Below, piece by piece: positions 27,665 to 40,458 of a DNA stretch of 64,000 bases. The DNA is from Eledone cirrhosa (taxonomy: Eukaryota). The position numbers were made by a program, and so were the translations under genes. The notes beneath the pieces are model-generated. The model made no database searches. It had not been told where the DNA came from and worked only from the letters and a program-made list of their open reading frames with translations. Positions within the stretch are counted from its first letter, which is position 1. Every line of letters begins with the position of its first letter. The stretch lies in contig OZ024743.1 in the NCBI GenBank assembly GCA_964016885.1, forward strand, positions 312,542,001 through 312,606,000, written 5' to 3'.

Positions 27665-27709
27665 TATAATGTAATTGTCAGGAAGATTAGTTTTTGTTGT
27701 TACACCCTC

Positions 27710-27860
27710 TATGTATATTCAGTTTAGAATAGGTACACCATATCCTTATGTAAATCCAGTTAAGAATAGGTACACTGTATCCCTGTGTGTATCCAGTTTA
27801 GAATAGGTACACTATATCCCTGTATATATACAGTTTAGAATAGGTAATCATATCCCTGCA
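27710..27860. repeat. ~37 bp minisatellite x4
   Basis: Recurring cagtttagaataggtacac.atatccctgt. Confidence 0.8.
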
Positions 27861-29289
27861 TGTGGTAAGAGTGACGAGGTAACTAGATTGTAAAGAAAAT
27901 TGCTTCAAAATGGCCCCCATAATGAGAATGAAATCTTTCATTGGACCAACAAAACTAACCCTTGCTTTAGCAGGGAAAATGACCTTTAAATCCTTGTTGT
28001 TTTGTGCACACACACACACAGACACACTCGCAAATGAACACATTCACCCAGACACTCACTCAGACAAAAAAACACACACAGACACACTCATATATATATC
28101 ATTATCATCATTATCATTGTGCCAAAGGTAGAAACAATTATCGTCATAATACTCATCATTGTTTTATGTCTATTTTTCATGATTACATGGGTTAGACATG
28201 TAGTCACATTCTGAGACTAGGCAGGTCAGATGACTACATATGTTTCATTTTGACAGTGTTTCTACAGTTAAATGCCCTTCATAATGCCAACCACTTCACA
28301 GCATGTACTGAATGCTTTTGACCATGGCACCATGGCACCATCACTGCCACTTTACACAGTGGGCTGGGTGCATATTATTGTGACACTAACACTTTACAAT
28401 ACATGGGAACATGTTGTATCCTCAGACAGACTGGAAAAGGCAGTGTTAGGAGTGATGATGAAGGATAAGACCAGTGTGGGAGCTACATAGGAGGAAGGGC
28501 TATTTGGGAGGGAGTTATCCCACAGTGAGAGATAGAGGAGAAAGAAAGTAAACATTGGGTCAAGGGGGTGGCCTGTAAGAAAGTGAGTGATGTTTGGCAG
28601 TATATTATGGTGTGCACCCATCTTTTCATGATGGCATGGGTTGGATATGGAAGAGGAATAAAAAAGTGAGTGGGGAGAAGACTAAAGTAGAAGATACATA
28701 CATATATACATACATATGTATGTGTGCATGCATACATACCTACATACATATACACATACATACTTACATGCACACATACATACATGTAGGAAGGGAGAAA
28801 TGATATACAAGGGAGTATTGATTTGGGTGAGGTGGGGGGAATGATATACAATGTGGTGTCTAAGGGATTGGAGGCAATGATATGCAATGCCATGTCAATC
28901 AAGATGGAAGTTTGACACAACAGTTTGTTGTTGTTATGGTAGTGCTCCAGTATGGTCACATTCAACAGGTAAAAACATATTGTCCTCCACCATGTAACTG
29001 TTTATGTAACAAAAGCCTTTAGTTCACCATGTAAGGTGCTCATGATGGTGAAAGAACACCCACTATACCCTGTAAGGGGGTCATGTTGGTGTCACTATAA
29101 AAAGCAGCCGGTCCACCTTGTAAGGCAGTCATGACAAAAAGCACCCAGTTCACCCTGTATAGTGGTCGTATTGGTGATATAATGCCCAGCCTATGATAGC
29201 ATCATGGGAGGTGAACATGCAAATGATGATGATGATGAAAATACTGCATAGATATTGTGGGCTGGGAACTTTGGTGGGAGAGGCACATG

Positions 29290-31125
29290 GGGATTGGGGA
29301 GGTGAATATTTGGGCATGTGTGAAGGGTGGAGTGTTAAGATCAACTTTGAGCACTCTGCATCTTTTTATACAGCTGTCATCCTTCTTACACATCACATGT
29401 CCATACCAACACAATCTCCTCTCTTACACACTGCATATGATTCCTTTTATGCCTAGTCTCTCTTCGTTTATGCTTTGCCATTCATGTACATTACTATTAC
29501 ACCTCCATCAGAGCATGGAAGCTTCATTTCTTTCCAATCTTCACAAGTCCTCTACACACAGCGTCCAGGCCTCACTACCATGCAACATTGCTGTTTATAT
29601 ACACACATCATACAGTCTGCCTTTCATTTTGAGGGAAGAGCCTTTTGTAACTAGCAGTGGTAGTAGCTCTCTGAACTTCTTCCATCCCGTTCTCACCCTG
29701 GCTACTGTACTTTCAGATCAACCACTCCTGCTGCTAATTTGGTCATCCAGGTAGCAGAAGCTGTCTGCTGCTTCTACCAAACCTTCCCAGAATTTGATAG
29801 CACTTGTTTCCTGTGGTCGTTTGTTGCTTACTGCTCCAGTGAAATGGCTACATGTAAAGCTAAACTACCTGAGACCCCACTACATCTCTTGTATACCCAT
29901 AGTTTGCATTTGGGACAGAAGATGGAATTTCTACCTACACCTTTCCTACACACAGAGCAAGGCCATTTCCTCGAGGGGATCAGGGCTCTGTTTTCCCTTC
30001 TACTTACTAGGACCTTAGTCTTTGTCAGTTTGACTGTAAGATTCTTTGTTTCTAGGCCATGCTTCCTGATTTGGAATTTCTTCTCTAATTCTGCCATAGA
30101 TTCAGCTATGAGAGTAAGATCATTCACGTACAGGAGTTCCCATGGGCAGCAGGTCTTAAACTCCTTTGTTATAGCCTGAAATATGATAATAAACAGGGGA
30201 GGGCTAAGAACAGAGCCCTGGTAGATGCCAACCTGCATGCTAAATTCCTTGCTATAGTCGTTATTAATCCTAACTTTGCTGACTACTCCCCTATACATGG
30301 CTTGTATAGCTTTCACAATCCACTCATCTATTCCTGGTTTTCTAAGAGCCTTCCAGATTATGGCATGGAGGACTCTGTCGAAAGCTTTCTCCAGATCAAC
30401 ACATGTCAGGTAGAGTAGCTTACTTTTAGCTAGGTACTTCCCCTGTAGCTACTTCACAAGGAAGAGAGCATCTATGGTGCTTTTACCTGGCACAAATCCA
30501 AATTGCATCTCATCTAGATTAACCCAGTCCCTAATCAGCTGTGCTATAGCTTTTTCTGTTACTTTCATGACCTGCTCCATCAACTTGATGCCTCTATAGT
30601 TTCCTCTATTTAGTGCATCTCTTTTACCCTAGTAACAGTTGACAATGATGATGCTGCACCAATCATTCATAATTGTTTCTACATTTGGCACAAGGCCAGC
30701 AATTATCCAGTACATTACTGGTACTTTATTTTATCGACCCCGTAAGGATGAAAGGCAAAGTTAACCTCGGCGGGATTTGAACTCAGATTGTAAAGGGACG
30801 TAACTATGCTGGAAAGCATGGCGTCCGACTCTCTACCTATACTGCCAAATAATGATGCCATTTAGTATTACTTGGTTTACAATATGTGTAGTCAAGGGAT
30901 GACCTACTGCCCCAGATGATTTTAGCATCTTGGCAACTATCCCCAATGAACCAGCTGCTTTCCTGGTCTTCATATCTTTAATTGCCTTACTACACTGCTA
31001 CTGACCTATACAGCTGGGCCCTCTGTTGGGTCCACTTGGGTAAACTCTCTTTCTCCCATATATTCTCCTCATTCAGTAATTTTCATAATGGCTCTTCCAT
31101 GTTACTTTCTTTTCAGTGTCTGTGA
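29290..31125 (-). mobile_element. Decayed RTE LINE with PHD-like finger, interrupted by a SINE at 30669-30850
   Basis: ORFs 29828-30316 and 29202-29414 homologous to 32359-33856. Confidence 0.9.
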
Positions 31126-31425
31126 AGATGTGATAGTTTGCTTGAAGCATTGTGGAATATGAATTTGAAAAGTCCTAAGACAACCTGTTATTAAAAAAAA
31201 TAAAGATTTTGAAAATAATAAATTACTAAAATAACTTTCAGTTGTTCTTCCTTTCTTTTATTTTGCCTTCTCTCTCAATTTCCTTCTGATTATTACCTTG
31301 GCAACCTAACCCACTTGCATTGCACAGCTTTCTAAACAAACAGACTTTTCAGTTATAGATATAATAGTAGAACACTATCCATAGTAGTAGAGCACTCAGT
31401 CCATGGGACGAGTATTTTTTTTTAG

Positions 31426-31468
31426 ACCGAGCTGATGATCTGAACAAAGTGAAACAATTGATCTTGGT
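31426..31468 (+). ncRNA. Hammerhead (cleavage-site mutant) in a Penelope 3' end
   Basis: accgag-CTGATGA-tctgaacaaagt-GAAA-caattg-AT-cttggt; followed by the same tail as 38726-38755 and then (TA)n. Confidence 0.7.
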
Positions 31469-31495
31469 AATGGTGAACTAACTGTTGTGGAAACA

Positions 31496-31546
<51 letters not shown>

Positions 31547-31567
31547 ACTTATATATATATATATATT

Positions 31568-34354
31568 CTTACCAGAAGACGTGATAGAGTGTCTGTTGTA
31601 AACACTAAATCCCTCCCCCATGAAGAATGCACCTTCCAACATAGACTCATAGTCAGCGACCTCATAGTCAGGACAAGACGTACTTGACAACAGAGGAGGA
31701 CTATCCTCAGGAGAAAAATATGGAATCTAAAGGACCCCACAGCCAGTAATAAATTTAAAAGCATATTACTTGATGCTTTCGACAGTAAGGAAGAGCAATT
31801 AGAGTCGTATAATATAGAGGAACAGTGGGAATTCCTGAAAGCTAACCTGCTGAAGGCGGCAGATGAAGTCTGTGGCTAGAGCAGGCCTATAGGCAGGAGG
31901 AGAGTAATGTGGTGGTGGAACAGTAAGGTGGAAGAGTCAATTGAGGCCAAAAAGCAGGCTTGGAAAGTATGGCGGGATGGGGGAAGTAGAGAAGACTATC
32001 AAATGGCCAGGAGGGAAGTTAGGAGACAAGTGTACTTCACAAGAAGGGAAGCAGAGGAAAGATAGTTCAAGCATGTTCTACAATGCGAGGACCAAAAACG
32101 TGAGGTGTTCAGGATTGCTAGGCAATGTGTCAAGGAAAACCGTGATATTGTCGGGGAGAAGTGTGTCCTTAATGATGATGGTGTACTTGCCATCACTGAC
32201 GCTAATAAGAAGGTAGCTTGGAAGTGTCACTACGAAAGGCTACTAAATGAGGAGAATAAATGGGAGAAAGTCAGTCTCTCCCACATCGATCCAATAGAGG
32301 GACCAGCAGTGCTAGTTGAAGGTAGTATAATAAGTAAGGCAATCAAAGAATCAAAGATATGAAGACGGGTAAGGCGGCTGGGCCTTCGGAAATAGTTGCT
32401 GAAATGCTGAAAGCATCTGGAACGGTGGGACACACTATGGTCACCCGGATAGTAAACCAAGTCATACAGAATGGGGCCGGCCCGAAGCACTTGCGTAGCA
32501 GCATCATCATTAACTGCTACAAGGGTAAAGGAGATGCCCTAGATAGGAGTAACTATAGAGGCATTAAATTAATCGACCAGGTCATGAAGGTCACAGAAAA
32601 AGTAATAGCACAACTAATCAGAGAACGAATTGATCTAGATGAAATGCAGTTCGGGTTTGTGTCAGATAAAAGTACCACAGATGCTCTTTTCATTGTACGA
32701 CTACTACAGGAGAAGTACCTAGCTAAAAGTAAACCCCTATACTTAGCTTTTGTTGACTTGGAGAAAGCCTTTGACAGAGTCCCCTGCTCCATTATCTGGT
32801 GGGCTCTTAGAAAACTAGGTGTTGATGAATGGCTTGTGAGAGCTATACAAGCCATGTATAAAGAAATAGTCAGCAAGGTTAGAATTAACAACAAATATAG
32901 TGAAGAATTTAGCGTAAAAGTTGGCGTTCATCAGGGCTCCGTTCTTAGCCCCCTACTATTTATTATTGCCCTTCAGGCTATAACAGAGGAGTTCAAGACC
33001 GGCTGCCCATGGGAACTCCTATACGCAGATGGTCTAACGCCCATAGCTGAATCAATGGCTGAACTAGAGAAGAAATTCCAAACATGGAAGCATGGCCTAG
33101 AATCGAAAGGCGTTAAAGATAACTTGTCTAAGACTAAAGTTCTAGTTTGTAGGAAGGAAAATAGGGCGCTGGTCCCATCTGGGAAATGGCCATGCTCAGT
33201 GTGTAGGAAAGGAGTAGGCAGAAACTCCATTTTATGTTCCAAATGCAAAGTATGTGTGCATAAAAGATGTAGTGGGATCACAGGTAAGCTAACTAAGAAT
33301 ATAGATTTTATATGTGGCCGGTGCTCTGGTGCAATAAGTAGCAGCAAATGCCCACAGAATACTAGCTCATTCCATTGCACAGATGGTTCTATAGAAATAA
33401 TGGACACCTTCCGTTACTTGGGTGACAAAATCAGCAGTGGGGGAGGGTGCTCTGAAAGTACAGTAGCTAGAGTCAGAACGGAAAAAGTTCAGAGAGCTTA
33501 TACCACTATTGGCCGCTAAAGGGTTCTCTCTAAAAATGAAAGGCAGACTGTATGATGCCTACATACGAACAGCAATGTTACATGGCAGTGAGACCTGGGC
33601 ATTGTGTGCAGAGGATATACGCAGACTGGAGAGAAACGAAGCTTGCATGCTCCACAGGATGTGTAATAGTAATATACGTGAACAGCAAAGCATAAACGAA
33701 CTACGGGAGAAATTAGGAATAAGAGGGATCAGATGTTGTTTACTCGAGAGAAGACTATGTTGGTACGGTCACGTGATGCGCATGAAAGACGACAGCTGTA
33801 TAAAAATGTGCAGGGCGATAAAAATAGACGGTAGCCACGGAGTAGGCAGACCCTGAAAAGCCTGGGACGACTTGATAAATTCCGACCTCACACACTTACA
33901 CCTCTCCAAGACAATGTCACTGGACCGAGATCTTTGGCGCTACACAGTTATACAGAAGACCCGCCTTGCCTAAGTACAAAGCGAAACCTACAGTTAGTAG
34001 GCACCTCTAACAAAATACACCCCCGTCCCACTACCCCCACTCCATCCACACCACCCCCTTCAATGTAAAGTTATGTTGGTACCACAACATCCAGTCCGAA
34101 ACAAATGAGGTCGTGTAGCTGGCATGACAAAAAAACACAGTCCACGCTGTAATGTGGCCGTGTAGGTAACACGGTAAAAACCTCCCAGTCCACACTGTAA
34201 ACGTGGTTAGTGTTAGGAAGGGCACCCAGCCGTAGAAAACCCGCCAGACAGTCCTATACGAGCAAGACAACCAATCTTGCCTCAAGTGGGAAAATTCCCG
34301 TCCAAACCCATGCAAGCGTGGAAGATGGACGTTAAACGATGATGATGATGATGA
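31568..34354 (+). mobile_element. 5'-truncated RTE LINE (RT + PHD-like finger + 3' UTR)
   Basis: NYRGIKL, QFGF, FVDLEKAFDRVP, GVHQGSVLSP, LYADG (DD mutated), WPCSVC...CSKC...HKRC...CGRC; stops/frameshifts; 3' UTR ends in (GAT)n. Confidence 0.93.
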
Positions 34355-34532
34355 TATCATCATCATCTGTTTTTCTATGCTAGCAAGGGTTGAATGGGTC
34401 ATTAAAGAGACCAAGTCTACATAATTAGAGCTCATGTCGCCTAGACTGGCCAAGGGCCATGTCCTGCTTACATAGGTTTCAGTTTTTGGCATGATTTTAC
34501 AGCTGGATGCTTTTCCTAATGCCAACCACTAT

Positions 34533-34586
<54 letters not shown>

Positions 34587-34799
34587 CTGTGTGTGTGTGT
34601 GTGCGTCCATGTCCATCCATGCCTGTGTTTATGTTTATTGTTGGCTTTTCTCTCAAAACTTAGCTGTTCAGAGAAAAGAAATAGATAAAATAAGTTCCAG
34701 ATTTGAAAAAAATTAATTACTGTGGTTGATATGATCAACTAAATCCTGTTAAAGTAGTGCCCCAGCATGACCACAGTCTAAGGACTAGTGTAAATAAAA

Positions 34800-35080
34800 T
34801 AACAGATGAGAAACACAAAAATATACACACAAAAAAAAAAAAGAATATAAAAGTGTGAGGAATGTTACCGTGTATAATGGAAATGGTGCTGTCCGAACTC
34901 CACGAGGGTAAACTTGAAGATCAACGACACCCCTCATACTCATTTTATCCAAAATCTCATTACAGAATTGGTTGTGGTATGTTCTCTGAAGACGTTTCTT
35001 GTATTTGTAAAGATCATTATACAAAGACTGAACATCATCATCAATAAGATACTTCTTATATCGACATGTGTCCAAGGTGT
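34800..35080 (-). pseudogene. Possible Jockey-group LINE C-terminal fragment
   Basis: KYKKRLQRTYHNQFCNEILDK resembles Jockey/I ORF2 ends; weak. Confidence 0.3.
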
Positions 35081-35526
35081 TTTGAGCACTAAAAGAAAAG
35101 ATTACAATGAGAAAGGATTACAAAAGGATTACAAAATACATTCTATCTCTTATCACCATTACAATCAGCATTTTACATTTGTTTTCATTGTGACCTTGAG
35201 CAATACACTTCCTTTAACATTATTCCAATTCATTCAACTGATAAGAAATAAGTATCAGCTGCAGCTGGTGGTTTGTTCTGAGGCAGAATGACATCCTATC
35301 CAGTAGGAGTGGGAGTCCTTGTACTCTCAGATACTTAATGCCAAGGAAATCAGGTTAAGCTCCACCTTGATGAATCTCATCATCATTTTACATCCACTTT
35401 CCATACTGGCATGGGTTGAACTGGTAGTCACTGCTTGAGACGGGATGGGATGGAAAACCTCTGTGTCCTTGCACATTCTATTTTTGGCATGGTCTCTACT
35501 GTTTGATACCCTTCCTCGTACCAACC

Positions 35527-35660
35527 TTTTTACAGAGTGTACTGGGTGCATATTATTTTGGCACTAACACTACCACTTTACAGAGTGTACTGGGTACATT
35601 TTATTGTGGCACTAACACTACCACTTTACAGAGTGTACTAGGGACAGTTTATTGTGGCAT
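35527..35660. repeat. 48 bp tandem repeat x~3 inside an RTE-tail repeat
   Basis: tttacagagtgtactggg...ggcactaacactacca repeated. Confidence 0.85.
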
Positions 35661-36129
35661 CAGCACAGGTGAGTTGGCTTTGAAACTCAAAAGACAAATG
35701 GGTATACACCACCCTGTGTTATCTACATGACCCAAAGAGTGGATAGAAGAATGAGCAATGACAGAAGGACCACGGTGTATGGATGAGGAGTATAAGAGTA
35801 TGATGGGAGAGACAGAGTGTGGAGAAAGCGAGTGAGAGACAATGTAGTGTGTGTGTGTATATAATAATATATAATAATAATGATTATAATAGTAAAAAGC
35901 AGCTGAAATAACAGCCAAAAAGCCAGGAAGGCGTTTTTAGCCTTGGTTGACCTCCTAGTAAGGTTGTAGACTGGTAGTTGCACAACCTCATAAATGCAAA
36001 TCTCGTGAAAATGATGAAGAGAAGAAATATGAATTCAAACTGCTACGGAAGAGGAACTCTTGATGGGAGACCCTTGGAAGGAACCAGAAGTGAAATCATT
36101 GAGAAGGACAAGTGTAATGGGCATGGAGC

Positions 36130-38060
36130 TGTTAACAGTTCACCCCAGAGGGTACAGGCATCCACAGGTCCCCATCATAAAATTGTATCACAGATTTGTA
36201 ACCACAGGAAGGTAAAATGATGCAATAAAACTGGAGGCAGAAGAAAATGGAACAAACAAGATAACGAAATAACAATCAAGTGTCGTATTTTTGTAAAAGA
36301 AGGATGAGTACGATGTGGGTGAATGGAGGCTTCAGCATTGGATAAGGTTTGGAATGCTTGAAATCAGTGTGAACACTTTGATGAGACAGATTAGATGGCA
36401 TAATTGGCTCACCAAGGTTGAATTAGAGGCCCTGGAAGTTAAAGTTCAAAGTATGAATGTTAATGCTAAAGGTAACTTAGATGACACGAGTATGGAAAGT
36501 GGGAAACATAGAGATCACAATGAAGATGAATCAAAAGAGGGAGAATTAGCTTACTAAAATGCTGATAAGGAAAAAAATGATGAATTACTAAATGTGGAGA
36601 GAGTTTAAGATCAAGTGACTGATGATGTTGACTTTGAAAATGTGAATGAAAATGAAAATGAAGAAAAAGAAGAAATAAGATTGATCATCAAAAGATTGAG
36701 AGATCTGTTTAATGATCCTGGTTTTAATAAGATACAGCTAATCCTTCGATATATAGAGAGAAGTCATTTAGCAACTGAAACAGCCAAAGTAAACCATGCA
36801 ATGATGTATATAGAAACCAATGGTATCACCGACTTGAGAAAGTTAATTAGTGCTGCAGAGTTTCTGGTGGGTGAGCCATTAGTATTAAGTAAATTGAAAG
36901 GGAGAAATGTAAGGAAACCTGATAGAAGATATGATTGGAAGGTGATATAACTCAGGTCAGAAAAGATCTAAGTAAAATGAATGCATGGCATAAAGTTGAA
37001 AGGCTTGAATGTAGACAAAATCTAATTGGGTTAGGCACTATGTAAATAGACATAAATAATATGAACAGAACAAACGGTTTTCTGCAAATCAGAAAATGTT
37101 CTTTCAAACACTGTTAAAGGAAAATGTTGCAGATATAGCACCAAATACTGAAGAATCTACACAGTTTTAGTCAAATCTATGGGGATCGCAAAAAAGCATG
37201 ACAAAGATGTGAGATGGATAAATGAATTGGGCATAAGTTATCTAATGAACCAAAACAGAGATGGGAAAGAATTTCAAAGGAAGATGTTCAAGACAAGTTA
37301 GGAAAATGCCAAACTGGAAATCTTCTGGACTGGATGGGATCCAATGATTCTGACTGAAAAAATTTAAATGTGTTCATTCAAGGTTATGGAAGCACCTAAA
37401 TGATTGTGTAGTACAAGAAGTTCCAAGTTGGATGGTTGAAGGAAAGACAACTTTGATAATGAAGGATAAAAGGAAAGGTCCATTAGTTGGAAATTACAGG
37501 CCAATTGCTTGAATTTGTTTTGAAAGCTGTTGATTAATATCTGTGCTGCAAAAGTGTATGATAACTTGCTTCAGAATGCGATGCTACCTGTCGAGCTGAA
37601 GGCGTTAGGGTAAATTCCCAGGGAACAAAAATACCATCTTGTTGATAAGGCAATCATGATAACTGCAGAAGATGTCTAAAGAATTTATGCGTGGCTTGGA
37701 TAGACTTTAAGAAAGCCTTTGACATGGTCCCACATTCATGAGTAGTGAAATGTTTGAGAATGTTTGGGATACCAGACTGTGTTATTAATGTAATGGGGTC
37801 TAACATGCCTTTGCGGAAGACAAGCCTGTATACAGGAAATAATCATCTAGGAAGGTGAATATTTCAAGGGATTCCATCTCCCCGTTGCTCTCTGTGATTG
37901 TCATGATTCAACTATCAATGGTCTTACAGGATACACATATTGGCTATCAGATGTAAAACAGAGGACCTAAGATCAATTATCTACTTTTCATGGATGAGCT
38001 GAACCTCTTTGGCAGGGCTGACATAAAGTAGACATTAAGGACAGCACAGGACAATACAGG
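36130..38060 (+). pseudogene. Highly decayed Dong/R4-like element (N-terminus through RT)
   Basis: Broken frames give PNWKSSGLDGIQ, NYRPIAC, AWIDFKKAFDMVPHS, FQGDSISPLL, LLFMDEL. Confidence 0.8.
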
Positions 38061-38149
38061 ACGGTACAAATGGGCATTTCTGCATGTAAAGAAAAAACAA
38101 AACACAAAATTATTTGTATAAAAAAGAAACAAGAGAAAATTCTCCAATG

Positions 38150-38380
38150 GGAGGGGGGGACTTCTGAGGGTCACTCATGGAGAAAGCCCTTAAAAAAGCC
38201 CCAGATACCCTGGCTGCTAGGGAAAGCGCCCTCTTCCAGTCTTCCTCCTACAATATTACAGGCACATGCTCAGGGCAGGCCCATTCACATGGGTCATTGT
38301 TGCCTCTCTCACCCACCTTTCAACAAACTGACTGGAAGGTAGCACTTCCCTCTCCACCCTGATTATCCTTTTTAGGTGAA
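38150..38380 (-). pseudogene. Possible L1/Tx1-like ORF2 3' end
   Basis: Minus-strand frame FVERWVREATMTHVNGPALSMCL* followed by a GC-rich UTR. Confidence 0.45.
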
Positions 38381-38386
38381 ACCTGA

Positions 38387-38582
38387 ATAAGAAAGTGGGA
38401 ATGAAGTATCAATTTAGCATCTTGTACATATTTTATTCCCCTGTGATGCATGTTTCTCCATCGATCAGCTCAAGGTATGATTGGTCACAATTGAGCTTGA
38501 CTCTGGAATCAATAGCTCATCAGACATGTAAATATTCAAATGTACAAGCTGCTAAATTGATACTTCATTCCCACTTACTTAT
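38387..38582. repeat. Hairpin element with ~43 bp inverted arms
   Basis: ataagaaagtgggaatgaagtatcaatttagcatcttgtacat / atgtacaagctgctaaattgatacttcattcccacttacttat. Confidence 0.85.
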
Positions 38583-38725
38583 CATTACTAAACTCTGCTT
38601 GTTACGGACAAAAGTCAGCGATGACACAAAAATGAGACCTATATCAGTAGCAAGATCCACATAATATCATTGAGTGCATAAACTGGTGAATCATCAATAA
38701 CTCCAAACAACTATATATATATATA

Positions 38726-39637
38726 GAAGTAGTTCCACAACAGTTAGTTCACCATACCGAGAACAAATGTTTCACCTTATGCGGATCCTCAGCTCGGTCT
38801 GAATGAAGTTGTGCGGAAAAGGAAAAACAACCGTATGAATATGCATGCGCAGAAACGGTCACTTCTCCTGGGCGAGATAAACCCCAATATAGGTCGATGT
38901 AAGAGAGATAACTGTAGATGTCCGGAATAAATTATTCAAGTTATTCAGAATATTATAGATTGTTGATGTTAGTCAATCTGGAGCTAAGTAATTATGTAAT
39001 AAGTGTTTCCAGACGTGTGGACAACATAAAAAAAAATTTAGGCAATCGTTATTACATAATCTTCTCTGGATATTGATCCTTTCTTCAATACACAGTCCAC
39101 AAGATGGATTTCCCCTTGTGCATGGCTTGGACATAGTAATAGCTTTCCATTGGATGGAGTAGTCTATGCCTGAGTGCCTGAGGGACCATATGTGGCTCGC
39201 GAGTTTCGTGAACGATTGTTTGTACGGGTACCTAAAGGTCAACTGATGGTTCAAGAAGCGTTCCTTAAACTGGCCCTCCACCATACCTACATAGGATTTA
39301 ACATCTTTTTGTTGATTTGGTCAGTTAGAAGTGACCACAGCTTCGTAAATTACAGCAGATGTGTTTCATTGTTGTTGAAGGAGACAAGCTTCAGGCTTTC
39401 GTCAAGAGCATCCTGGTTGGTGATGTGGGCCTTTATATCTTAGCACAGGAGTATCCTAGTTTCACCCTGTGTCTGTTAAAGATGGAGCGGTATGTGTGAC
39501 AAATAGGAAAATGTCAATCTAAGAAAGGTAAATTTTTTTTTCCTACATTAGTTATAACGTTGAGTGAGAAGGGGGGGGGGACCAAATTGTTTTTCTATTA
39601 GCATGATTTCTTTTCCTATTGGTGTTGGTGTTAGCAT

Positions 39638-39640
<3 letters not shown>
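38726..39640 (-). mobile_element. Penelope-like element 3' fragment (GIY-YIG endonuclease + pLTR with hammerhead), in (TA)n
   Basis: RKTIWSPPP...TNVGK...YRSIFNRHRVKLGYSC; AVIYEAVV...SYVGMVEGQFKERFLNH...CGLCIEE; TA tracts on both sides. Confidence 0.88.
38756..38798 (-). ncRNA. Type I minimal hammerhead ribozyme
   Basis: accgag-CTGAGGA-tccgcataaggt-GAAA-catttg-TT-ctcggt; perfect 6 bp stem I; downstream of the GIY-YIG ORF. Confidence 0.8.
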
Positions 39641-39677
<37 letters not shown>

Positions 39678-39800
39678 TAAATAGATAGATAAATAGATAT
39701 ATGTTACTAAATTATGTGTTCCAGCTGAGGGTCTGAGGTGATGCTGGAGCATATATATAAGAGAGTATTGAAGGTTGCTTGAAGCATTGTGGAACAATAA

Positions 39801-40458
39801 GTAAATATCTTTAAGTCGTTTGGAAGCCTCGACAATGCAAATGGGTAAATCTCCGGGTAACAAGGTCCGGTGGTGGAGAGAGAGATGTAAGTGGGTGTAC
39901 GTTGAGATGCGTGGTGTATATAAGATGTGTGAGATGTGTAGAATGAAGGGAAGAGTATAAAGGATAAAATAAAAATAACAACACAAGAGAGAGTTACCTT
40001 GGGAGAGATTTAATAGTCCCTATATATTTCGGATTCACATCCATCAACTGGGGTTTTTTCCGGGGTGGGGGGAAAAGGTTGTCTGTCGGACAAGTCCGGA
40101 ACGCGTCCTTCGCTGTTTGTTGTTTTGAATTCAAAACAACAAACAGCGAAGGACGCGTTCCGGACTTGTCCGACAGACAACCTTTTCCCCCCACCCCGGA
40201 AAAAACCCCAGTTGATGGATGTGAATCCGAAATATATAGGGACTATTAAATCTCTCCCAAGGTAACTCTCTCTTGTGTTGTTATTTTTATTTTATCCTTT
40301 ATACTCTTCCCTTCATTCTACACATCTCACACATCTTATATACACCACGCATCTCAACGTACACCCACTTACATCTCTCTCTCCACCACTGGACCTTGTT
40401 ACCCGGAGATTTACCCATTTGCATTGTCGAGGCTTCCAAACGACTTAAAGATATTTAC
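39801..40458. repeat. 658 bp spacer-less palindrome (329 bp arms)
   Basis: Centre GAATTC at 40127-40132; identical ORFs on both strands; one visible mismatch (cgg/tgg). Confidence 0.97.

Noticed and set aside
29290-34354. Back-to-back RTE copies as one inverted duplication
   Set aside because: Copies are clearly diverged and separated by unrelated sequence; independent insertions are more likely
39994-40265. Identical 66 aa ORFs on both strands as genes
   Set aside because: A by-product of the palindrome; no coding signature
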